Shown: in pieces, positions 55,681-64,000 of the stretch
Position numbering within the stretch: the first letter of the stretch is position 1
Layout of the letters: every line of letters begins with the position of its first letter
DNA from: Candidatus Gastranaerophilales bacterium
GTDB taxonomy: Bacteria; Cyanobacteriota; Vampirovibrionia; Gastranaerophilales; Gastranaerophilaceae
NCBI GenBank assembly: GCA_947584965.1
Contig: CANPWQ010000001.1
Location: forward strand, 12,480 to 76,479
Length of the DNA stretch: 64,000 nucleotides
Direction of reading: 5' to 3'
Position numbers and translations under genes: made by a program
Notes under the pieces: generated by a model
Databases searched by the model: none
Seen by the model: only the letters and a program-made list of their open reading frames with translations
What the model was told of the DNA's origin: nothing

Positions 55681-56250
55681 TTATAAATTTAAACTTTTTT
55701 CTTCTAAACTTACTTTATATATGGTGTTCGAATCAGAAGAAGTTGTTTCTTTTATTATCCCGTCTGTTATTTTACCGTAAGTTATGTGTAATTTACCGTA
55801 TGCAATCTGGTTAAAGATGTTAAAGCCTTTAGTCCTTTCTTTCCCTGTTCTAAAGTATAAAATATATTGTTTTGAGTTATTTTTCATATCTTTAAGTTTT
55901 TTGGATAACATATTTGCAATAGTTCTTTTTCTGTATTCGGTTTGACCAAAATGCAGTTTATTTTCCATTTTTTTTATTTCTTTTGCATCTTTACCTGATA
56001 ATAAAACTATATCACCGTCTGCACTCTGCTTAAAAATTATACCGTCTTGACCGTTATAATCGCCTAAAACCGATTTAAAAAACTCTCTTATTGAGGCTGC
56101 TTGTTTTTTAGAGTATTTGCTTGTATGTTCCGAGTTTAATATTTTACATATTTCGTATGTTGAACTGTCAATACGCTTATCAGATTTTTTATTATCTGAA
56201 TCTGAGCTTATTGGAATAATACGTCCAAAACTTATTTTATTTACTTGCAT
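55681..56250 (-). CDS. hypothetical protein
   Basis: 189 aa with no recognisable motif. Sits 1 nt downstream of ispF on the same strand. Confidence 0.6.
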   Translation of the reverse strand: MQVNKISFGRIIPISSDSDNKKSDKRIDSSTYEICKILNSEHTSKYSKKQAASIREFFKSVLGDYNGQDGIIFKQSADGDIVLLSGKDAKEIKKMENKLHFGQTEYRKRTIANMLSKKLKDMKNNSKQYILYFRTGKERTKGFNIFNQIAYGKLHITYGKITDGIIKETTSSDSNTIYKVSLEEKSLNL

Positions 56251-56251
56251 T

Positions 56252-56728
56252 TTAACTCCTTTTTAAAAGAACTGCCGCTTGAGTACTTATTGCCTGTTTT
56301 TGTCCGACAGAATCCATTTCTTCCATTGTTTTAGCTTTTATTGAAATTTGACTCTCTTTTATATTTAAAACCGAACATAATTTTTTTTGTATAGAAAAAA
56401 TATACGGTTTCATTTTAGGTTCTTGAGCAAATATTGTGCAATCAATATTATTAATTAAATATCCTTGTTCTTTAATAAGGTTATATGTATGATTTAAAAG
56501 TACAAGGCTGTCAATATCTTTATATTTAGGGTCATTATCAGGGAAGTGAGTGCCGATATCGCCAAGAGCTAAAGCTCCAAGCATTGAGTCAATAATTGCA
56601 TGGGTTAGGGCGTCAGCGTCAGAATGTCCTAAAAGTCCTTTTGTATAAGGTATTTCAACTCCGCCAAGGATTAATTTTCTTCCCTCAACAAGTTTATGAA
56701 TATCAAAACCCTGCCCTATTCTATACAT
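56252..56728 (-). CDS. ispF: 2-C-methyl-D-erythritol 2,4-cyclodiphosphate synthase
   Basis: MYRIGQGFDIHKL..LLGHSDADALTHA. I chose the ATG at 56728. Confidence 0.93.
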   Translation of the reverse strand: MYRIGQGFDIHKLVEGRKLILGGVEIPYTKGLLGHSDADALTHAIIDSMLGALALGDIGTHFPDNDPKYKDIDSLVLLNHTYNLIKEQGYLINNIDCTIFAQEPKMKPYIFSIQKKLCSVLNIKESQISIKAKTMEEMDSVGQKQAISTQAAVLLKRS

Positions 56729-57524
56729 CGGTTTTCTCCCATACAAATTTATTAACCGCTTTAACAAAACCGTCATTTTGAACAGTGTCTGTTATATAGT
56801 CGGCTTCCGCTTTGATTTCATCCGTACCGTTTGCCATGGCAACCCCTATGCCTGCCGTTTTAACCATTTCTATATCATTATTTTGGTCACCTATTGCCAT
56901 GACTTCCTTTTCACTGAAGCCTAAACGGTTTGCCAAAAATTTAATTGCGCTTCCTTTTGTTGCCTCTTTATTTGCTATTTCGCAGAAGTAATCAAACGAT
57001 TTTACTACATATATTTGAGGATATTTGTTTCTTAATTCAACTATAAAATCGTCAATAAATTTTGTATCATAATTTATTGCCAGTAATTTATTCAGCTTTG
57101 AAAAATCAAGCTCATCAAAAGAATCGACCTTAAAATAGTCTATTCCTTTATCTCCAATGTAGTCCTTAATATATTTATCATCATTTTCAACATATAAAGT
57201 ATCTTCAATGTATACATTAAGATGAATATTTCTTTTTCTGCAATCCGCAATAATTTCGCGGGCTATATCAGGGTTTAAGTATTTAACGTCAAGGATTTCG
57301 CCTTCATACGAGTTAATAAGTCCGCCTTGATAACAGATTAAAGGGCATTTAATCCCTATCATGTCCGCTATATATTTAGCGCTGCTATATGTTCTGCCTG
57401 TTGCTATTGCAATATATTTGCCATTAGAAACTAATTTGTGTAAACATTTTTTTACATTTTCGCTTATGCCGCTTTCGGGAGAATATATAGTTCCGTCTAT
57501 ATCAGTTACAACCATTTTTATCAT
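56721..57524 (-). CDS. Cof-type HAD-IIB phosphatase
   Basis: VVTDIDGTI, ATGR, and AIGDQNNDIEM. Confidence 0.88.
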   Translation of the reverse strand: MIKMVVTDIDGTIYSPESGISENVKKCLHKLVSNGKYIAIATGRTYSSAKYIADMIGIKCPLICYQGGLINSYEGEILDVKYLNPDIAREIIADCRKRNIHLNVYIEDTLYVENDDKYIKDYIGDKGIDYFKVDSFDELDFSKLNKLLAINYDTKFIDDFIVELRNKYPQIYVVKSFDYFCEIANKEATKGSAIKFLANRLGFSEKEVMAIGDQNNDIEMVKTAGIGVAMANGTDEIKAEADYITDTVQNDGFVKAVNKFVWEKTDV

Positions 57525-58051
57525 AGTTTATATGCCCTCATAAGTGTTGAAATGGTTTTAGAATCGTTAATTTTTCCGTCTTTTACCATTTTAAAAACTT
57601 CTTCTTTATCAATTGCAATATAATCTAAAACTTCACCCACATCAAGATGTTGATGTGTGGGAGTTAAATTTGAGGCTTTAAAAAGGTATAATTTTTCACT
57701 GCAAAATCCGGGGGAGGTCCAGATAAAACCCAAAGGCTCCCAATTTTGAGCTATATGCCCCGTTTCTTCTTCAAGCTCGCGTTTTGCGGCTTCTGTTATT
57801 GTTTCACCCTCTTTATCGAGCTTGCCTGCGGGCAGTTCGTACAAAACTTCTTTTGTAGGATAACGAAACTGCCGCACCATTAGTATTTTGCCGTCTTTCT
57901 CCGCTGCTATTACTACTCCGCCATTATGGTTAACCACTTCGCGTATTGTTTTATAACCGTTTGAAAGCTCAACATCATCGCGGGTTATGGTAAAAACCTT
58001 ACCTTTATATATTTCTTGGGTATTAAGAGTTTTTTCAAATAAATTTTCCAT
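57521..58051 (-). CDS. NUDIX hydrolase (ADP-ribose pyrophosphatase-like)
   Basis: Nudix box LPAGKLDKEGETITEAAKRELEEETG. Confidence 0.88.
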   Translation of the reverse strand: MENLFEKTLNTQEIYKGKVFTITRDDVELSNGYKTIREVVNHNGGVVIAAEKDGKILMVRQFRYPTKEVLYELPAGKLDKEGETITEAAKRELEEETGHIAQNWEPLGFIWTSPGFCSEKLYLFKASNLTPTHQHLDVGEVLDYIAIDKEEVFKMVKDGKINDSKTISTLMRAYKL

Positions 58052-58094
58052 AACAAAATTATAATATAAAAACCGTTTATATTATAATTTAACT

Positions 58095-58817
58095 ATGAGC
58101 AAAAATATAATAGGGTTTTGGGGCTATCCTCACCCAAAGTTGATAAAAGAATTTAAAGAAAAGTACCCGAGCGCCGTTTGGGTAGATTTTGATATAGACT
58201 ACGGTTTTGAAAAGACTGATATTCTGCCCGAGTCATACTGCGCGATTATAAAAAATATTATAAATTCCGCATTTCACTATAAAGATGAACTCCTTGTTAT
58301 ATTGGCACCAATAGGAAAAGATAAATGCGACAGCGGCTGGTTTGCTTATGAAGTTTTAAAAGATTTAGGTTTTAATGTTGTAAAAAGCATATTTGAAGAG
58401 TTCTCATACAGACGTGAAGTTAAAATTTCAACGTCAAATCTGCCTTTAAGGCAGAAAATCGAGCTGATAACAAAAGATATTTATGAGCCTCAAAACCTTG
58501 ATTTAACACCATGTAAAGCGAAATTCGGTTTTTGGGGAGTACCGCCTAATGACTTTTCTTTATTGGAGTTATTTCCGAATGAAACCCATGTATACGGCTG
58601 GAGCAGGTGTGTTGAGGCGATGACTCCAGCGGATATTGAGCTTGAAATGCTTGTTGATAAAGATGTTCCTACGGTATTTTATTCGCAGTCATTCTGTTCA
58701 AAAGCTCAGCTTGCTAAATATCTGGCTGATAAATATAACGGGCTTTATATTGATATTGATGATGTTGCGACAAACTCTACAAGAGCTAAAATAGAAGCGT
58801 TTTTGAGGTTAAGATGA
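58095..58817 (+). CDS. hypothetical protein, possible partner of the downstream activase-like ATPase
   Basis: 240 aa with internal duplication hints (GFWGYP.. / GFWGVPP..) and conserved Cys residues. The stop overlaps the next start. Confidence 0.6.
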   Translation: MSKNIIGFWGYPHPKLIKEFKEKYPSAVWVDFDIDYGFEKTDILPESYCAIIKNIINSAFHYKDELLVILAPIGKDKCDSGWFAYEVLKDLGFNVVKSIFEEFSYRREVKISTSNLPLRQKIELITKDIYEPQNLDLTPCKAKFGFWGVPPNDFSLLELFPNETHVYGWSRCVEAMTPADIELEMLVDKDVPTVFYSQSFCSKAQLAKYLADKYNGLYIDIDDVATNSTRAKIEAFLRLR

Positions 58818-59512
58818 TTGTACTTGATGCGGGAACGACGTGGTCTAAAATAGTTGAAAGCAATGACGAAAATAAGATGATTAACTTTTCATCCAATTTT
58901 GTAAAGCGCGAAAACGGCTTTAAGTATTACGTTATTTCCTCAAGCAGTTTAAAAGATATTGATTTTAAATTTGATAAAGCAACGGGACACATGTCAAAAT
59001 CAATGCTTAATTCTGACAAAGACTATGAAAATGAAGTTATAGCATTAATTGAGGGATTTAGAAAAAAAGTAAATAATGACGGGCTCATACTTGATATGGG
59101 AAGCAGAGATTCCAAGTGGGCTTTGTATAAAAACGGCAAATTTAAAGACTTGGACTGGAACAATTCATGCTCAAGCTCAACAGGGGCAACTATTGAAATG
59201 CTTTTGAAATTTTATTCGATAAATGCAAAAGATTTAGAATTTAATAATGAAAAATACGTTATAACTTGCGGGATTTTCGGCTTGGAAAAGATAATGGATG
59301 ATATTGCAAAAGGAAACGACGCAAAAACCGCCGTTGCTAAATTTATTCACGGAATTGCATTTAATGCTTGGAACTTTGCAAAAAAGCCCGATAAAATATA
59401 TTTATCAGGCGGTTTTTGCGAAAATGAATGTTTTATAAAATCGCTCTCAAACTACTGCGAGGTTATCCCAATGGGCAGATTTTTACTCTGCGAAGGATTG
59501 ATTAAAAATTAA
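58814..59512 (+). CDS. BadF/BadG/BcrA/BcrD-type ATPase (acyl-CoA dehydratase activase-like)
   Basis: ASKHA-fold pattern: VLDAGTTWSK, DMGSRDSK, STGATIE, and IYLSGGF. Confidence 0.65.
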   Translation: MIVLDAGTTWSKIVESNDENKMINFSSNFVKRENGFKYYVISSSSLKDIDFKFDKATGHMSKSMLNSDKDYENEVIALIEGFRKKVNNDGLILDMGSRDSKWALYKNGKFKDLDWNNSCSSSTGATIEMLLKFYSINAKDLEFNNEKYVITCGIFGLEKIMDDIAKGNDAKTAVAKFIHGIAFNAWNFAKKPDKIYLSGGFCENECFIKSLSNYCEVIPMGRFLLCEGLIKN

Positions 59513-59556
59513 TAATAAATTAACTATACCGATAAATATAAGTTTTATTAAAACAA

Positions 59557-59916
59557 TTATTTTGAAAGCAACCCGTTAAATAATTTTGTTAAATAATTTT
59601 TAGGAGAGTTTTTTTCAATAACAATGCCGTCTTTTATATAAGGAACAGACATTTGACTTTCATCGGTATAATTGCCGTTTGCGGAATTTCCTTTTATTGT
59701 TTTTGATACCGTATAGATTTGTACATTAGGTTTATTAGCACTTGCATGTAAATCGGTTATTGATATTTCAATAAAATCATCAGATGTTTTATATTGTTTT
59801 CCTAATTCTTCAAAATATTTTCTTTCCTCGCTAGATAACAAAGTTTCAGGAGCGGTAATTTTAGTTTGTGCTTTAAATGCAGTATTCATATTGGCTGATA
59901 TTTTTGTAATATTCAT
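59557..59916 (-). CDS. hypothetical small protein
   Basis: 119 aa from the ATG at 59916. Sits 72 nt downstream of the HExxH protein gene on the same strand. Confidence 0.5.
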   Translation of the reverse strand: MNITKISANMNTAFKAQTKITAPETLLSSEERKYFEELGKQYKTSDDFIEISITDLHASANKPNVQIYTVSKTIKGNSANGNYTDESQMSVPYIKDGIVIEKNSPKNYLTKLFNGLLSK

Positions 59917-59987
59917 AAATATCCTTTCTGTTTTTTTATTTGCATAAAGGATTATAAAAAATTTTTTTGCCAATAAAAATATTAAAT

Positions 59988-61985
59988 TTATTTATTTTCT
60001 GCATCGTCTGCTATGATATCGGCAGCAGTTGTAGTTGCTTTTGGTATTAAAATACTTGCTCCCGTTTCCGGTCCTTTTAAGAATGGAATTGTTATATAAT
60101 TATTTGATATGACTTTTAAATCCGATCCAAACATATCAGTAGATACAGGGATATTATTTTTAAATATTTCAATTTGTATTGCATCAAGTTCTTTTTTCAA
60201 TTTTGCAGCTTGGGCTGCGAGTTCTTTATTTTCGGGATGATTTATTGCTTCAGTGTATAATTTATAATAATCTACACCTTTTGTTTTATATTCTATAGTT
60301 AATTTTGCTTCTTTAATTAAATCCAGTATCCTTGCTTCTTCTTTGAAGTTACGTTTAGGTTGATTTTTTAATGCTTTAAGCTGCTCTTCCAGTTTTGCTA
60401 TTTCAAACTTATTGCCTTTTGTTTCCGCAAGAACTTCTTCCGAGCAGAACTGGTATTGGTTAAAATCTCCGCCAAATCCCAGAAAACCTTGACCGGCTGC
60501 GTTTCCTTCTATACATTCAATTGAATCTAAATATGATTTTATTGCAGCTTGTGTTTCTTCCGGCGTTAATTGTTTTAATAGTGATGTATTTATTTTTGAA
60601 GTGTCAAATCCTGTTGAATGTTTTAGCGCCAAATTATATCTAAAATTGTGTGATTTCGCATAAGTAGTCATTGCTTTTACTGCATCATCCACACTTGAAT
60701 ATGAACTTGCAAATTCACTGTTTGCTTCAACTAATGGTCTTACCATTGCACTTAATTGTTCATCAGAATATAATACTCCATCTTGATAAAGTTTATCCTG
60801 GGCTAATTTCACAAAATCAGCTTTCATTTGTGCATTTAATTTAGGGGGTTTTGATGTACTTGCACCTAAGAAACTACCGCCAGTAATTATATTTTCTTTC
60901 TCACCATTTTGTATTTTATTAACTAAATATTCTTTTGCCAATTCTACTTTTTTATCCATGGGCAGACTTTGTCTTAATATGGCTTCATTTGCATGGGTAG
61001 CTTCATGTTTTATTACATTAGGTAAATCAAATATACCTTCTCTGTATGAGTTTTCGTTTATTGTAATTGTATGATTTCCGCTTCGATACCCGCCGCCATA
61101 TTTAGCGTTTTCTTTTATTACTTTTATTTCAGGACGCAGTTCTTCAGGTATTCCGTATTCATCAAACGCCTCTTTTGCCAATGATTTTACTTCCGCTTCA
61201 ATTTCTTCGGTGGATAAAGCTGCACGTCGTTTCCCTTCTGCAGTTTTTTTAAATTCCGTCTTTCTTCTTAGAACTTTATCCGCTCTTTCTTTTTTGCCGA
61301 ATACTAACTTTAATGCGTCTTTTCCTCTTTGAAGTATATTTGTTGGCTTAAATTGGTTTATTACCGCTTTAAGTCCCGTCTTGGAAGTAAATAATGACAT
61401 ATTTTCTTTTAATGCGTTTAAGTAGCTTCCGTTATTTACTTCTGTTGCTATAGCTTCTTTTTGGGCTGCGCTTAATGAATTTACTTTTAACTCACTCATT
61501 AATTTAGCTTCTTTTGCAACTCTTGCACTTTGCTTTAATCCTAAGAAACTTAAAACCGTTCCGACAGTTCCTTGTCCTACTGTATTAAAAGATTTTTCCG
61601 CATTATCATATTCTTTATTTTTAATGTTTTTAGCTATATCAAAGCAGCCTTTCCCCAATTGAAATACACTTAATGCACCAAAGCCTATTCCTAAAATCGG
61701 AGTCAATACCGGTATAAGCGAGCAGGCTGCTGCTGTTACACCTACCATCGCTATTGTCATGACCGGGTGTTTTATTACTGCTGTTAAAGGGCTTAAAACT
61801 CCTTTTATAAAGTTTTTTCCTGCCTCTGATATATCAAATTTACCGTTGTTTGATTTATCAATTTTTTTCTTTTCAAAAGTATCTTCTTTCATTTCGGGTA
61901 TATTGATATCGCGAAATGCTTGTTTCGCTTCTGCTGTTTTGTAATTTTCACTTACTCCATTAATATATTGTATATTTTGAACCAT
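59988..61985 (-). CDS. membrane-associated hypothetical protein with an HExxH metallopeptidase-like motif
   Basis: 665 aa. Hydrophobic/Gly-rich segments at about aa 70-160. The motif context is ..GNHTITINENSYREGIFDLPNVIKHEATHANEA... The C-terminal part is helical. Confidence 0.7.
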   Translation of the reverse strand: MVQNIQYINGVSENYKTAEAKQAFRDINIPEMKEDTFEKKKIDKSNNGKFDISEAGKNFIKGVLSPLTAVIKHPVMTIAMVGVTAAACSLIPVLTPILGIGFGALSVFQLGKGCFDIAKNIKNKEYDNAEKSFNTVGQGTVGTVLSFLGLKQSARVAKEAKLMSELKVNSLSAAQKEAIATEVNNGSYLNALKENMSLFTSKTGLKAVINQFKPTNILQRGKDALKLVFGKKERADKVLRRKTEFKKTAEGKRRAALSTEEIEAEVKSLAKEAFDEYGIPEELRPEIKVIKENAKYGGGYRSGNHTITINENSYREGIFDLPNVIKHEATHANEAILRQSLPMDKKVELAKEYLVNKIQNGEKENIITGGSFLGASTSKPPKLNAQMKADFVKLAQDKLYQDGVLYSDEQLSAMVRPLVEANSEFASSYSSVDDAVKAMTTYAKSHNFRYNLALKHSTGFDTSKINTSLLKQLTPEETQAAIKSYLDSIECIEGNAAGQGFLGFGGDFNQYQFCSEEVLAETKGNKFEIAKLEEQLKALKNQPKRNFKEEARILDLIKEAKLTIEYKTKGVDYYKLYTEAINHPENKELAAQAAKLKKELDAIQIEIFKNNIPVSTDMFGSDLKVISNNYITIPFLKGPETGASILIPKATTTAADIIADDAENK

Positions 61986-62061
61986 ACCTTTTTACTCCTT
62001 TAATATGTAAAGTTTTTTTTTTATTCAAAATTTACATATTTTAAATATTTATTAAAAATAA

Positions 62062-64000
62062 TTACAAAATATCAACAGGGTCTATATCAATAATCATTTT
62101 AATATCATCAGCCGCAGACGTATTTTTTATTAATGAAGCAATTAAATAATGCCCTTTTTTACCCATTTTATTTTTAATTATAATTTGATATCGATATTCG
62201 GTATTGATTTTGTGCATTATGCATTTAACGGAACCGTTAATTTCTATATATTCAGACAGCTTAAATTTATTCACTTGCGTCCGCAAATTTTCTGCAACTT
62301 CATTGGCGCAAACAGCCGCTCGGGTTTCATCGTTTGATGAAAATACTATTTTTATTATTTGGCAAAATGGCGGGTAGTTAAATAGCTCGCGCCGTTCAAT
62401 TTCATTTGTGTAAAAATCTTTATAGTTTTGAGATTTAGCATTTTTTATTGCATATAAATCGGGATTATATGTTTGAAATATTACTTTGCCTGCATATTCG
62501 CCTCTGCCTGCTCTGCCTGCAACCTGCATCAGCAGTTGAAATCCGCGTTCTCCCGAACGGTAATCGGGCAGCGCAAAACTTATATCCGCATCTATTACTC
62601 CGACAAGCGTTACATTTTTATTATCCAGTCCTTTTGCAATCATTTGTGTTCCGATTAATATATCTGTTTCACCATTTTGAAATGATTTCAAAATTTCTAT
62701 ATATTTCGTTTTTGATGATAAAACATCGGAGTCTATTCTTGCAATTTTAGCGGTTGGAAATAATTTATTAATAATTGTTTCTACCCTTTGTGTTCCTGCT
62801 CCGCCCATTTTTATTTCAGGTGAGCCGCACTTTGGGCAGAGTTCGGGCGCGGGTTTTGATATTCCGCACCAGTGGCATTTTACTGTTTTATCTGACGCAT
62901 GGTACACCATTGGAATATCGCAATTGGGACATTTTATTACCTCTCCGCACGTTTTGCATTGTACGCTTGTGTAAAATCCGCGTCTGTTCATTAAAAGTAT
63001 TACCTGTTTTTTATCTGACAGCGCTTCATTTATTGAAGTTATCATTTGATTAGAAAATAGTGTTCTTGTTTCACGGTAAAATTCTTCACGCATATCTATA
63101 ATGGTTACATCTGCCAAGTTTGAGTTATTATACCTTTTATCAAGAGTTATAAGATTTTTAGTTGCCAATGCTTTATAATAACTGCTGATATCAGGTGTTG
63201 CACTGCCTTTTATAAGCGCTGCATTATTTATTTCACATATTTTTTCGGCTGCTAATCTTGCGTCATATCTTGGAGCAGGGGATGTTTGCTTATATGAATT
63301 ATCGTGCTCTTCATCTATTATTACAAGTCCTATATCCTTTAACGGCGCAAATACAGCTGACCTTGCTCCTATTATTATTCTTATATCATTATTGCGCAAT
63401 TTATTCCAAACATCATATTTTTCGCCCTCTGATATACTGCTGTGCCATATTGCAACGCTTTCAGAACCAAATCTTCTTATTAATCTTAAAGTTAATTGCG
63501 AAGCCAGCGCTATTTCAGGCGCTAAAAACAGTACATTTCTTCCCTCATTTAATGTTTTTTCTATTGCTTTAAAATATATTTCCGTTTTTCCTGAACCCGT
63601 TATTCCGTTTAATAATATCGGCTGTGTCTGCTTTTTATCCATTTTTTTTGAGATTACTTCAAACGCCTTTTTCTGTTCGGCAGATAATTCGGGCAGGGTT
63701 TCTTCTTTTTTTATTTCTTTAAATATGTTAAGAGGATTACGATATACGGTTTTTTCAATGATATCAATGTATCCGTCGTCTTTCAGTTTTATAATGGTTG
63801 GTCGTGTTGTTTTTACCTCTTTTTCAAATTCGATTAAAGGATATTCTCCTCCTAAATCTTTGAGCTTTTTTAAAATTATCTGCCTGCGCTGATTGAGATT
63901 ATCTTCATTTTTAAATACTATATATTTTTCCGTTTTTTCTTTGATTTGTTTACCCGAATTTTCTTTTAAAAATTTCATTGGAACAGCTGCCTGTATTACA
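62062..64000 (-). CDS. priA: primosomal protein N' (replication restart helicase PriA); the N-terminus probably continues beyond the window
   Basis: Walker A GITGSGKTEIY, DEEH box, and a Cys-rich Zn region (CKTCGEVIKCPNCD..CHWCG..CPKCGS). The frame stays open upstream of the ATG at 63978 to the window end. Confidence 0.93.
   Translation of the reverse strand, partial: VIQAAVPMKFLKENSGKQIKEKTEKYIVFKNEDNLNQRRQIILKKLKDLGGEYPLIEFEKEVKTTRPTIIKLKDDGYIDIIEKTVYRNPLNIFKEIKKEETLPELSAEQKKAFEVISKKMDKKQTQPILLNGITGSGKTEIYFKAIEKTLNEGRNVLFLAPEIALASQLTLRLIRRFGSESVAIWHSSISEGEKYDVWNKLRNNDIRIIIGARSAVFAPLKDIGLVIIDEEHDNSYKQTSPAPRYDARLAAEKICEINNAALIKGSATPDISSYYKALATKNLITLDKRYNNSNLADVTIIDMREEFYRETRTLFSNQMITSINEALSDKKQVILLMNRRGFYTSVQCKTCGEVIKCPNCDIPMVYHASDKTVKCHWCGISKPAPELCPKCGSPEIKMGGAGTQRVETIINKLFPTAKIARIDSDVLSSKTKYIEILKSFQNGETDILIGTQMIAKGLDNKNVTLVGVIDADISFALPDYRSGERGFQLLMQVAGRAGRGEYAGKVIFQTYNPDLYAIKNAKSQNYKDFYTNEIERRELFNYPPFCQIIKIVFSSNDETRAAVCANEVAENLRTQVNKFKLSEYIEINGSVKCIMHKINTEYRYQIIIKNKMGKKGHYLIASLIKNTSAADDIKMIIDIDPVDIL

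Overview
AT-rich bacterial chromosomal segment with about 65 protein genes and 2 tRNAs. I saw no rRNA, CRISPR array, transposase, integrase or reverse transcriptase. Most of it is housekeeping: ftsZ; clpC; rpmE-thyX-prfA-rsmH-ftsL-ftsI-murE-gpsA; a class A PBP; lipA; hemW; tlyA; tatD; mtnP; bioY and bioD; ispF; priA; an ECF sigma/anti-sigma pair; and tonB-exbB-exbD-exbD, which implies a diderm envelope. FtsZ motifs ([30 protein letters not shown]) look cyanobacterial, so a non-photosynthetic cyanobacterial relative (Melainabacteria/Vampirovibrionia-like) is a plausible host; this is inference only. The most unusual content is a ~10 kb minus-strand operon (2515-12570) of seven back-to-back soluble glycosyltransferases. 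Five carry long coiled-coil or tandem-repeat tails, three tails share an NYKYTE motif, one has a perfect 57-bp duplication, one has a 22-aa x7 Tyr-rich array, and one GT2 domain has lost its DxD motif. No flippase, polymerase, ABC exporter, priming transferase or sugar-nucleotide genes accompany it. A FlgM-like ORF sits at its 3' end and a small divergent wHTH ORF at its 5' end. Other items worth a second look: two structured non-coding elements between convergent genes at 13.0-13.4 kb (one 6S-RNA-like with its own extended -10 promoter and U-tract); a structured, promoter-bearing leader upstream of tRNA-Leu that copies the tRNA 5' end; a purine-rich G/C-elevated 340-nt region upstream of ftsZ; a GT-A-like/radical-SAM gene pair; an XRE regulator with a perfect 17-bp palindromic operator over the promoter of an orphan pilin-like gene; and an HExxH membrane protein with a small partner. 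All functional calls rest on motif recognition by eye; no database search was possible.
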